DNA of 64,000 nucleotides from an uncultured Clostridium sp. Lineage in GTDB: Bacteria > Bacillota_I > Bacilli_A > RF39 > UBA660. How positions within the stretch are numbered: position 1 is the first letter of the stretch; every line of letters starts with the position of its first letter. The DNA is taken from contig CAMIWC010000005.1 in NCBI GenBank assembly GCA_946402315.1, positions 854-64,853 of the forward strand. Reading direction: 5' to 3'. A program made the translations under genes and the position numbers. Positions 1 through 8,900 of this stretch are shown piece after piece. The notes under the pieces were generated by a model. That model was not told where the DNA came from. It worked only from the letters and a program-made list of their open reading frames with translations, and made no database searches.

Positions 1-1718
1 CCATATACTTTGGTTCCATCTAACTTATATAATTCAAAATTATATGGATCTTCTACTGTAGCTTCTGTTATAACAAGAGTTCCACCTTCTCCATTTAATA
101 AACGAATTTTTCTACTAGCAACACCCAAAGTATTTTGAACTACAGTTTTAAGACCTCTTGCACCGACATCTTCTTCAACCGCTTTTTTAGCTACAGCACG
201 TTCATAACTTCCATCTCTAACAACCAAAACGTTGTCACGTACCAAAAAGGACTCTTCTCTATTTAAAAGTGGAGATACTTTTGATTTAGTAAGAACATCA
301 TATACACCATCTTCAGGAAGTTTTCTTATCGTTATTTTTGTTTCATATCTTCCTATTAATTCGGGTTTTACACCACAGTCTTTCAAATCTTCATTTTTAA
401 CAGGTCTATATACATCTTGTGGTGGGGATGTAACAAATCCAATTTGTCTATTTGCTTTTTCTCTTTTTTCAAATAAAGAACTATAGGCTCCAGCAGTTAC
501 AAAAGTTACATATCCAGTATTAAAGACAAAACTCTTATCAAATGAACTTTCCGCCGGAACAGTAACATCTTTTCCACTTAACATAGTTAATAATTCATCT
601 TGCACTCCATATTCAGAAGAATTTGATCCTATTTTATCTCCTTCATCAAAGAAGATCATACCATGTTCAGCCTTTTTTACATCTCCTCCGGCAGCCTTAA
701 TTAAATTTCTAATTGCTAGAGAAATTGAATTACCCATAAGTCCTGTTTTAGAAACTGAACTTAAATCAAAATAAGCAATTGGAACATCTAAATGTCTAGC
801 AAGAGACTCAACCATTTCTGTTTTACCACATCCGCTAGGTCCTAAAAGCATTATATTAGTTCTAGTCCCAGGCTTATTCATACAATATCTATAATTATCA
901 TATACAGCTTGTACTAGTTTTCTAACCGCTTCATCTTGTCCAATTATTTCTTGAAGAATCAATTCTTCTAAATGGTCTGGATCAAAGTCAAACGGATCTA
1001 ATTTCACTTGCGAAGGTAATAATAACTCATCTTCAGCTAAAGCTTTATTTTCATTTTCTTCTTCTGCTGGTTCTTCATTAGCACTTGCTTCCTCACCATT
1101 ACCAAAGTATTCTCTTAATATTTCTGCAATATAAGTTAAAGCAGGAATCTCTACAGTAAATACTGGTACTCGTTGTTGGGATTGCATAGTTTGTTGAGCA
1201 TCTGCTGCATCTAAAGCACCATCTAAATCAGTTCCTAAATCTTGAACTTCTAGTAATGTTCTAGAATCTCCATCAAACATATAGAAAACGTTTAGTTGAT
1301 CAGGATTACTATACACAGAAAACAAATTATAATATCTTGAACATTTTAAATATATGGCAGGTTCAGTCATAGGATTTTGACCTTGTTCTTCAGCTAACTT
1401 TTTATTATCTTCAATATCGCTAGCAAACTTTTCTTTATATTCACTTACCTTTATTGGAAAAGCAATAAACAAACCATTTCTATATAAAGCTGCAACATCT
1501 TTATCTAATCCATCTACATCAACGTTTTTACAATCCTCTAAATGAAGAATACCTGAATCTAACATCTCATATTCTCTATTTGTATGTGTTGATTTTAAAA
1601 CTCTTGTTTCAGGATCATAATAACCTTCAGCAACACCAATAGGTATATATGTATTCATATGCTCACTTACAGTGCATGGTGTATAAATTACAGCATAATA
1701 TAATTCCTTTTCATCCAT
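1..1718 (-). CDS. ClpX-family AAA+ ATPase paralog with a novel N-terminal domain (3' end runs off the window)
   Basis: Absent from the ORF track because there is no stop codon in the window. The minus frame is open from ATG 1716-1718 (GGGGGG 7 nt upstream) to position 1. My translation shows Walker A LLGPSGCGKT, Walker B MIFFDEGDK, an IGF-loop-like RQIGFVT and sensor-2 GARGLK. The first ~230 aa have no ClpX zinc-ribbon cysteines. Confidence 0.7.
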   Translation of the reverse strand, partial: MDEKELYYAVIYTPCTVSEHMNTYIPIGVAEGYYDPETRVLKSTHTNREYEMLDSGILHLEDCKNVDVDGLDKDVAALYRNGLFIAFPIKVSEYKEKFASDIEDNKKLAEEQGQNPMTEPAIYLKCSRYYNLFSVYSNPDQLNVFYMFDGDSRTLLEVQDLGTDLDGALDAADAQQTMQSQQRVPVFTVEIPALTYIAEILREYFGNGEEASANEEPAEEENENKALAEDELLLPSQVKLDPFDFDPDHLEELILQEIIGQDEAVRKLVQAVYDNYRYCMNKPGTRTNIMLLGPSGCGKTEMVESLARHLDVPIAYFDLSSVSKTGLMGNSISLAIRNLIKAAGGDVKKAEHGMIFFDEGDKIGSNSSEYGVQDELLTMLSGKDVTVPAESSFDKSFVFNTGYVTFVTAGAYSSLFEKREKANRQIGFVTSPPQDVYRPVKNEDLKDCGVKPELIGRYETKITIRKLPEDGVYDVLTKSKVSPLLNREESFLVRDNVLVVRDGSYERAVAKKAVEEDVGARGLKTVVQNTLGVASRKIRLLNGEGGTLVITEATVEDPYNFELYKLDGTKVY

Positions 1719-1781
1719 AGTAATTCCCCCCGAAATAAACCTATATTTAGTATTATAAAATAAATGTTTTTAAAATAAAAT

Positions 1782-1810
1782 AAAAAAAGAAGAATTATTC
1801 TTCTTTTTTT
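1782..1810 (-). terminator. Intrinsic terminator overlapping the rpoZ 3' end
   Basis: Stem AAGAAGA/TCTTCTT with a 5-nt loop, followed on the minus strand by a T-run. Confidence 0.5.
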
Positions 1811-2001
1811 CCTATTGTTATTAATCCTTCTGCTACTTCTTCTAAAGCTCTACCTATTGGTTTAGTACATTTATATTTACTAACAGGCATTTGATAGAAC
1901 TCAGTTTTGGCCATTTCTCTACCTCTACGAGCAGCTATATGAACTAATTGATATTTTGAATCAACTAGATTTAATAATTTGTCAACTGATGGATATATCA
2001 C
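1795..2001 (-). CDS. rpoZ: DNA-directed RNA polymerase subunit omega
   Basis: IYPSVDKLLNLVDSKYQLVHIAARRGREM matches the conserved RpoZ N-terminus. I prefer the GTG start at 1999-2001 (AGGGAG upstream) to the longer track ORF ending at 2049. Confidence 0.85.
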   Translation of the reverse strand: MIYPSVDKLLNLVDSKYQLVHIAARRGREMAKTEFYQMPVSKYKCTKPIGRALEEVAEGLITIGKKEE

Positions 2002-2077
2002 TTTATCACACTCCCTAATATAATGGTAAAGCAATATTTTTATATACACAACATTTTACAAGAAAATTGACAAACAT

Positions 2078-2962
2078 TTACACACCATCAAAATTAAAGT
2101 CAGGAATAAATGATTCCTTCATTGTTTCTCCTTCTTGAATAAAAGCCTTTTCTACTCCTAAATCTAAAGCATAATTAACTACTTCATTATATTCTTCTTC
2201 GTTAAGAGTTCTATTTAAATTATCATATTTTGTTTCAATGACAGGAGTATATTGATTCATAATACTAATGTAAATATTATCTTTATATGTATCATATAAA
2301 TACTTAATTATCTTTTTAGAATCATCTACATGTCCAGGAAGAACAAGTACTCTTACAATAACTCCTTTTTTCATTATTCCCTTTTTTATCATTGGTTTAC
2401 CTACTTGTTTATACATTTCAGCAATAATATTTGTAGCTACTTCAAAGTAATTATCTACTTTAGAATACTTTTTACCTAGATTATTATCATAGTACTTTAA
2501 GTCTGGTAAATAAATATCTATCTTTCCATCTAATTCTTTTAATATATCTATATTTTCATAAGTACTAGTATTATATACAATTGGAATACTTAATCCTTTT
2601 TCTTTAGATAAAATAATTCCTTCTAAAATAGATGGTAAATAATGAGTAGGTGTTACTAAGTTAATATTATTAGCACCTTTACCTTGTAGTTCAACCATAA
2701 TATCAGATAGTCTTTCAATACTTATTTCTTTTCCTAATCCATTAGAACTAATCTCTCTATTTTGACAAAATATACATTTTAAATTGCAATGAGAAAAGAA
2801 AATAGTACCACTACCATTTTCTCCTGATATTATTGGTTCTTCCCAATAGTGAAGAGCTGCTCTTGCTATAAACAATTTACTATTAGCTCCACATGGACCA
2901 ATACTCTTTTCTCTATTTATATGACATTTTTTATTACATAAAACACAATCTTTATAATTCAT
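2078..2962 (-). CDS. Radical SAM protein, PflX-like (putative glycyl-radical/activase family)
   Basis: CNLKCIFCQN is a CxxxCxxC radical SAM cluster motif. An N-terminal extra Cys cluster (CVLCNKKCHINREKSIGPCG) and ~290 aa length are typical of the COG1313 type. Confidence 0.7.
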   Translation of the reverse strand: MNYKDCVLCNKKCHINREKSIGPCGANSKLFIARAALHYWEEPIISGENGSGTIFFSHCNLKCIFCQNREISSNGLGKEISIERLSDIMVELQGKGANNINLVTPTHYLPSILEGIILSKEKGLSIPIVYNTSTYENIDILKELDGKIDIYLPDLKYYDNNLGKKYSKVDNYFEVATNIIAEMYKQVGKPMIKKGIMKKGVIVRVLVLPGHVDDSKKIIKYLYDTYKDNIYISIMNQYTPVIETKYDNLNRTLNEEEYNEVVNYALDLGVEKAFIQEGETMKESFIPDFNFDGV

Positions 2963-2963
2963 A

Positions 2964-3491
2964 TTAAACTCTTTTCATAAGTCCTTCTAAGACTACTTCT
3001 TTAGGTACAAAATGTGTATGAGCTAAATATAATTTTTGCCTTCTATTTAATAAGTACTTAGATAAATATATACTATCTAAGCTATATCTAACTCCTCTAG
3101 TTATTTTTAGATAAGGACAAGTAAACAACTTACATGCAACATTACGAATAGTACATCTTCCACTTTTTAGATAATCACATACTTTGCCCTCTTTATATCC
3201 ATAACAGCATCCATCTTCATAATGATCTTTCTTTATACCTTTTTCAATCATATATCTTCTATGAGCACATATATTATTATGGAATTCACAAGCATTATCT
3301 ACATAAAAAACTTTATCTAAATAATCACATATATAATCATGCATTTTAGAATATCTTTTTTTAATATCTTTAATACTCATTATTTCTTTAAATATCTTTT
3401 TATGTTTATCTTTTTCCTTTTTAGGAATAGTTTCCCTATCTATATATTTATTAGTACGATATATTACTAATTTATCTATTTTATTTAACAT
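2964..3491 (-). CDS. Cysteine-cluster protein, YkgJ/CxxCxxCC-like (putative Fe-S or Zn binding)
   Basis: 12+ Cys, including DGCCYGY...CDYLKSGRCTIRNVACKLFTCPY, which resembles the YkgJ-family C-terminal pattern. There is a 1-nt gap to the radical SAM gene. Confidence 0.4.
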   Translation of the reverse strand: MLNKIDKLVIYRTNKYIDRETIPKKEKDKHKKIFKEIMSIKDIKKRYSKMHDYICDYLDKVFYVDNACEFHNNICAHRRYMIEKGIKKDHYEDGCCYGYKEGKVCDYLKSGRCTIRNVACKLFTCPYLKITRGVRYSLDSIYLSKYLLNRRQKLYLAHTHFVPKEVVLEGLMKRV

Positions 3492-3493
3492 AA

Positions 3494-4180
3494 TTAGGCC
3501 TTATATATAGGATCTATATCTTTTATCATAGGTATAAATCTTTCATCTTTAGTACTACCTATTTCTAGATTAATTTTATCTATATTTTTAACTATTCTGT
3601 TACCAATCTTATCAAATAATCTCTTATTATCTTCTTTACTAGTTTCTACTACTAGAAGGAATCCTTCTTGATTTAATTTATACATTTTAAATAAATAAGC
3701 AGATTTTACTTCTTTTATTTCTTTTAAGACATCTTTTATTACTTTTAATTCTTTCTTAGGATATATATTTAATACTTCTATTCTTACTTTGTTAGAACTA
3801 AATACATTTTTAATAAAATCTTTATTAAATGGAACATTCTCAGTAAAAGGATTTATAACTAATCCTGTAATAGTAGAATCACCACTAATTAATGCATGAG
3901 CATATTGATCAAAAGAAATAGTAAAAGTATCATAGTCTTCAAAATTAGGCAACTTATTATAAGCATCTATATCAGTATAAGCTTGGAAATATTTCTCATC
4001 TTGATCATTAGTTAAAAGAGCAATATTTAATTCATCTTTTTTCTTAGATTTCTCTACTGGTATAATAAAATGAGCTTTTAATAAGTTTTGTCTTAAACTA
4101 TCAATAGTTTCTGGATTAGAATCTATTTTTATCTTCATTAAATCTACTTTTAATTCGTCATTATATATTTTTTCATCCAT
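3494..4180 (-). CDS. SseB-like family protein (uncertain)
   Basis: The ORF has SD GGTGA before ATG 4178-4180; the track ORF starts at an upstream TTG. Weak resemblance to the SseB N/C domain layout. There is a 2-nt gap to the next gene. Confidence 0.35.
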   Translation of the reverse strand: MDEKIYNDELKVDLMKIKIDSNPETIDSLRQNLLKAHFIIPVEKSKKKDELNIALLTNDQDEKYFQAYTDIDAYNKLPNFEDYDTFTISFDQYAHALISGDSTITGLVINPFTENVPFNKDFIKNVFSSNKVRIEVLNIYPKKELKVIKDVLKEIKEVKSAYLFKMYKLNQEGFLLVVETSKEDNKRLFDKIGNRIVKNIDKINLEIGSTKDERFIPMIKDIDPIYKA

Positions 4181-4253
4181 TATTATCACCAATTTGATTA
4201 TAGCATTATTTCTACTTTTTTGATAATATTATATTAGAATAGAGGGTGATTGT

Positions 4254-4952
4254 ATGCCAGCTGCGACAATACATAGATGTGTTGCGAAAAAAATAATAGA
4301 AATGACAAATATATATACTAAAGATGAAGATAAATATTTATTTGAAGTAGGATGTATTGCACCAGATAGTTGGAAGAATTCTAAGAGATTTAAGAATTCT
4401 ACATTACCTAAAAAACAAAAAAGATGTTACTCTCACTTTTCTCCTAAAGATAGTTATATAGAATTATATTTAGATTTTTATACTAAATATGGACCTAATA
4501 TTAGAGAGCCATTTATGTTAGGTTATTTAGTACATTTAATGACTGATTTCTTTTGGAGATATTTAATATTTTATAATTACTTTAATAAAGATGGATCTAT
4601 TAAACTAATAAATGGACGTAGTGTTAATGGAGAAAAAGGAGTAAGAAAAACTCTTTTAAAGAATGAAACTATGAAAATAGTAACTTATCTTGCTAAAGAT
4701 TATGAGTTGAATAATTTAGCTAATTTAACATCTAGAGAATTAAATAGATTACCTGTTATGGATGAAATAGAATTTGATGGATTAAATGAAGCTATAGATT
4801 ATGATAATTTTGAAGCTAATAATGATTTCAAATATGAATTAATGGTATATAAAGTACCAGAATTTAAAAATGGTATTACTAAATGTGCAAATATAATAAT
4901 TGGTGAACTAACTAATTTAGGAATAATAGAACCAATAAAAAAAGACCTTTAA
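4254..4952 (+). CDS. Zinc-dependent phospholipase C-like/metal hydrolase-fold protein (uncertain)
   Basis: N-terminal MPAATIH and HLMTDFFW motifs resemble the bacterial zinc PLC-like family. SD AGAGGGTGA precedes the start. Confidence 0.35.
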   Translation: MPAATIHRCVAKKIIEMTNIYTKDEDKYLFEVGCIAPDSWKNSKRFKNSTLPKKQKRCYSHFSPKDSYIELYLDFYTKYGPNIREPFMLGYLVHLMTDFFWRYLIFYNYFNKDGSIKLINGRSVNGEKGVRKTLLKNETMKIVTYLAKDYELNNLANLTSRELNRLPVMDEIEFDGLNEAIDYDNFEANNDFKYELMVYKVPEFKNGITKCANIIIGELTNLGIIEPIKKDL

Positions 4953-4959
4953 GGTCTTT
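4941..4959. terminator. Bidirectional intrinsic terminator
   Basis: AAAGACC-TTTAA-GGTCTTT flanked by A-run and T-run, between convergent genes. Confidence 0.6.
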
Positions 4960-4962
4960 TTA

Positions 4963-5922
4963 TTATTCTTCAAAAGTATGTACAAAGTTAATTATCATAG
5001 CGGCAGCTTCAGCTCTTGTTGCATTGCTTCTTGGTGCGATAAGTCTGTTACCATTTGATGTTCCTTTACCATTTATAACACCGTTTCTTACAGCCCACTT
5101 AAGTGCTGGTATGGCATAACTACTTATTTTATTATAATCAGCAAATACTGATAAATCATATTCTGTTTCATAACTATATCCTTTGAATATAGAGTATCCA
5201 TAAAGTATTACTGCAAGATCTTGTCTTATAATAGGATCATTTGGTCCAAATTTACCACTTGTTCCATATCCATTAACAATATGATTTTCATAAGCCCAAT
5301 TAACTGCTTTTGAATAATATATTCCAGTTGGAACATCTGTAAAATATGACGCTTCAGATACTTCAGGAATTCCTTCTAAACGATATAAGAATGTTACTAA
5401 TTGTCCTCTTGTTACTTTATCATTTGGACCAAATTTATTTCCAGCATATCCAGCAATGATTCCTCTATTATATGCTTCTTTTACAACTTCGTAATACCAA
5501 GCATTTTTAGGTACGTCTGTAAATGTTATATCTTGATCTGCTTTCTTAACTACAGTAACTGTTACTGTTCTTGTTTGGCCTTCTAAGTCTTCACCATCAA
5601 ATGTTGCTGCATCTAGTGTAAGTGTTATAGTAGCAGTACCTTCACTCATACCAGTTACTTTTATATTTCCTTTTTTAGTTTGTCCTTCTTCAACCATACC
5701 AGTTTCCCATTCATTAGTATTAACTGATGCAATACTACTATTACTAGAAGATATTGTTACATCTCCTATAGTATTAGTTGCTGTTATTGTAAATGTTCTG
5801 GAACTACCTACTTCAATTGTAAGAGTAGAAGGTGATATAGAAATATTACCTAAAGCAAATACGCTTTCAGGGATTAGTATAAATAATGCAGCTATAATTA
5901 TAATAGTTAATTTTGTTCTCAT
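4963..5922 (-). CDS. S-layer homology (SLH) domain cell-wall-anchoring protein with an N-terminal Ig-like domain
   Basis: Signal peptide, an Ig-like (Big_2-type) segment ISISPSTLTIEVGSSRTFTITA, then three SLH repeats (FTDVPKNAWYYEVV..., FTDVPTGIYYSKAV..., ADYNKISSYAIPAL...). The start overlaps the upstream stop by 1 nt (TAATG). Confidence 0.85.
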   Translation of the reverse strand: MRTKLTIIIIAALFILIPESVFALGNISISPSTLTIEVGSSRTFTITATNTIGDVTISSSNSSIASVNTNEWETGMVEEGQTKKGNIKVTGMSEGTATITLTLDAATFDGEDLEGQTRTVTVTVVKKADQDITFTDVPKNAWYYEVVKEAYNRGIIAGYAGNKFGPNDKVTRGQLVTFLYRLEGIPEVSEASYFTDVPTGIYYSKAVNWAYENHIVNGYGTSGKFGPNDPIIRQDLAVILYGYSIFKGYSYETEYDLSVFADYNKISSYAIPALKWAVRNGVINGKGTSNGNRLIAPRSNATRAEAAAMIINFVHTFEE

Positions 5923-8900
5923 TAATTTGTACCTCCCTTTAACTCTTTAATTTTGTTATAGATTCTAACATAATCCAAGAAGTTGATTATATCGTCACCA
6001 TTCATATCAGCAGCTAATAAATATTCATCTACCAGCAAGGTCTTGTTTAATTCAGGATTATTTACTTTTTTAATGTGATTATATACATATACATAATCTA
6101 AGTAATTTATTTTTCCATCTCCAGTAGTATCACCTAAGAATGCTATATGATAATCAAATGTTTTTGTACCATTTATTTTTACTTTTATAATATCTCCTGT
6201 TTTTAAAGTATCAGTTGTTACTAATTGATTATTCTTATTATAATGTTTAATTTCAGTAGATGTTGAATATGTAGTAATTTTATTGCTTATTGATTCAAAA
6301 CTATTATCTTGTACTACTAAAGTATTTTCTTTTAATGAAATTGATGAATCAAATTGAGCAATACCATATATCTTAACTTTATTACTTCCAATTAAATCTT
6401 GGTATCCTGATTTAGTAATTTTGTAGTTTACTACATATTCACCAACATCTTTAAATATTGGATTAGTATTTAAATCATAATTTGTATTGCCTACAGAATA
6501 TCTAATAGTGTAGTTTTCTACATCAACATTAATACTTAAACCATGATTATTACCATCATAAATTGTTTCAAAATCACTTGTACTATTTGTAATAGTACCA
6601 TACTCTTCCCATATAGCATATAATGTAACAATTTGATTGTTCTCATTTGTTAAGTTGTTAACAGAAGCTTTATTAGCATAACTTGTTCCAGTTCCATCAG
6701 ATTTTGTATTCCATTCCTTAAACCTCATATTTGGTTTTGTAAACGTATTTTCTGGCAATATAAATGCTTGATCATATGTTAAATTCGAATTGTTCATGCT
6801 TCCAGAACCACCATTTGAATCATATTTTATTTGATATGTTATTGGGGTCCATATTGCATGTAATGTAATATTACTTGTTATAGAAATCGGATCTTCGTCA
6901 GCATATGAAGTACTAGTTCCATATAATGATCTGTTCCATTCTTTAAATAAATAACCATTTCTAGTAAAGGTATTTTTTGGTAAATTAATAATTTCATTTT
7001 TAATAACTTCAATACTAGGCATTTCTCCTTCACCTTGATTAGCATCGAATGTTATTGTATATGTTTCTACTCTCCATTGTGCATATACTGTTATCTTATA
7101 TTGATTATCAAATGGTATGTCATCAAACACTATAGAGCCATTTGTAGAGAAACTAATTCCAGTTCCATTTGGATCAGTATTCCAACTATCTAAAATATAA
7201 TTTTCTTTTGAAAATCCTGCAGTTGAGAATATAACTGAACCATTATTTGGATAAGTCAAATCCCAATCCATTACATTATTTGAGTTTGACATTGTTCCAC
7301 CATTACCATTAAATGTTATTCTATAATTTATTGTATTCCATATAGCATATAGAGTTAGATCTTCACTAATTCCGCCTTCAATTAATTGTTCATCAGTATA
7401 TGAAGTACCAGTTCCATTTGCTTTTGTATTCCATTCTTTAAAGGTATGCCCTTTATAAGTAAATGTATTCTTATTTAAATTAAAATCTTGATTAATAATA
7501 ACTTCTTGTGTATTGGTTTCTGCATCAGGATTATTACTATTAAATGTAATTGTACTCATTTGTGTTATATTAACTTGAATATTATCTCTATATCCATCAT
7601 ATAAACTAGTTATATTAATTGTTGTTGTTCCTTCTTTTATAGGAGTAATAATTCCTGTTGAACTAATAGTTATATATTCATCATCATAAGTCCATTGAAT
7701 ATTTTTAGCGTTATCAGTATTTGGAACAATTAAATCATAAATATTCTTTGATCCTGATATTTTTAAATCAAAATCATCTATTGTTTCAGTAAAATCAAAG
7801 ATATTTACTAACGTATTAGGCATTGGGAATCTTTTTATGTTTTCAATAGTAGGTTTAGTCCAATAACTAGAATGATTAAAGTTGTTTGTATAATTTGAGT
7901 TTATAATATTTGATATCGTTATGAATGTATTATTATTTACATTTTCATAATCATTATTTTCAAGTATTCCTTTTACTTTACTATTAACATAAAAGACATT
8001 ATTAATAGTTATAGAGTTATTATGATGACCATAACCTACAGCATCACCAAATCTTGTATTTGATTGTGTTTTATAACTTCCTGCACTAATTATGTTGTAT
8101 ATAGATATTTGATTTAGATAACTTGCATTTCCAACTATTCCACCTATAGAACTATTTCCTGTAGATCCATTACCTTTTACTTTACTAAATGTTACAGAAT
8201 CACTAATTGTTACACTAAGAACTCTATTACTACTTTCAATGACACCTATTATACCACCTACAAAAGATGTATCTGTATCTCCAACAATTGTATTGGAATA
8301 TAAATTATACATATTACAATTTATTTCTTCAGTAACTCCATTTGTTGAATTAATACCTCCAATTATTCCTCCATTATAATATGTAGAAATAACTTTTCCT
8401 CCAACAACAGATATATTATATATTTCTAATCCATCAGTAACTGATACTTTTCCAGCTAATGCACCAGCATAATAATTACCATTAATATTAGCATCTTTAA
8501 TTATTAAATTCTTTATATAACTGTTTGTACCATATATAGTACCAAATAATCCAACAGGATCTTCACTTACACTTTTTGGTCTATTTATATATAATCCACT
8601 AATTACATGATTATTACCATCAAGACTACCATAGAAATCATCTATTGGTAACCATCCAGCACCAGAATTATAGAATAAACCAGCACTGTTAGTTGTATCA
8701 TATGATAAATCTATATCATTATTTAATTTATAATATTTACCATTAGTATTTTGATTTCTTAAATCGTTTAAATCAGATACAGTTTTAATTAAATAAGGAT
8801 TATCTTCTGTTCCAATTCCTGACATAACATTATTATGTTGTGTTAGATTCCATTCTAATTCATCATACTTATTATTGTTATAATAAACTTCAATTGTATA

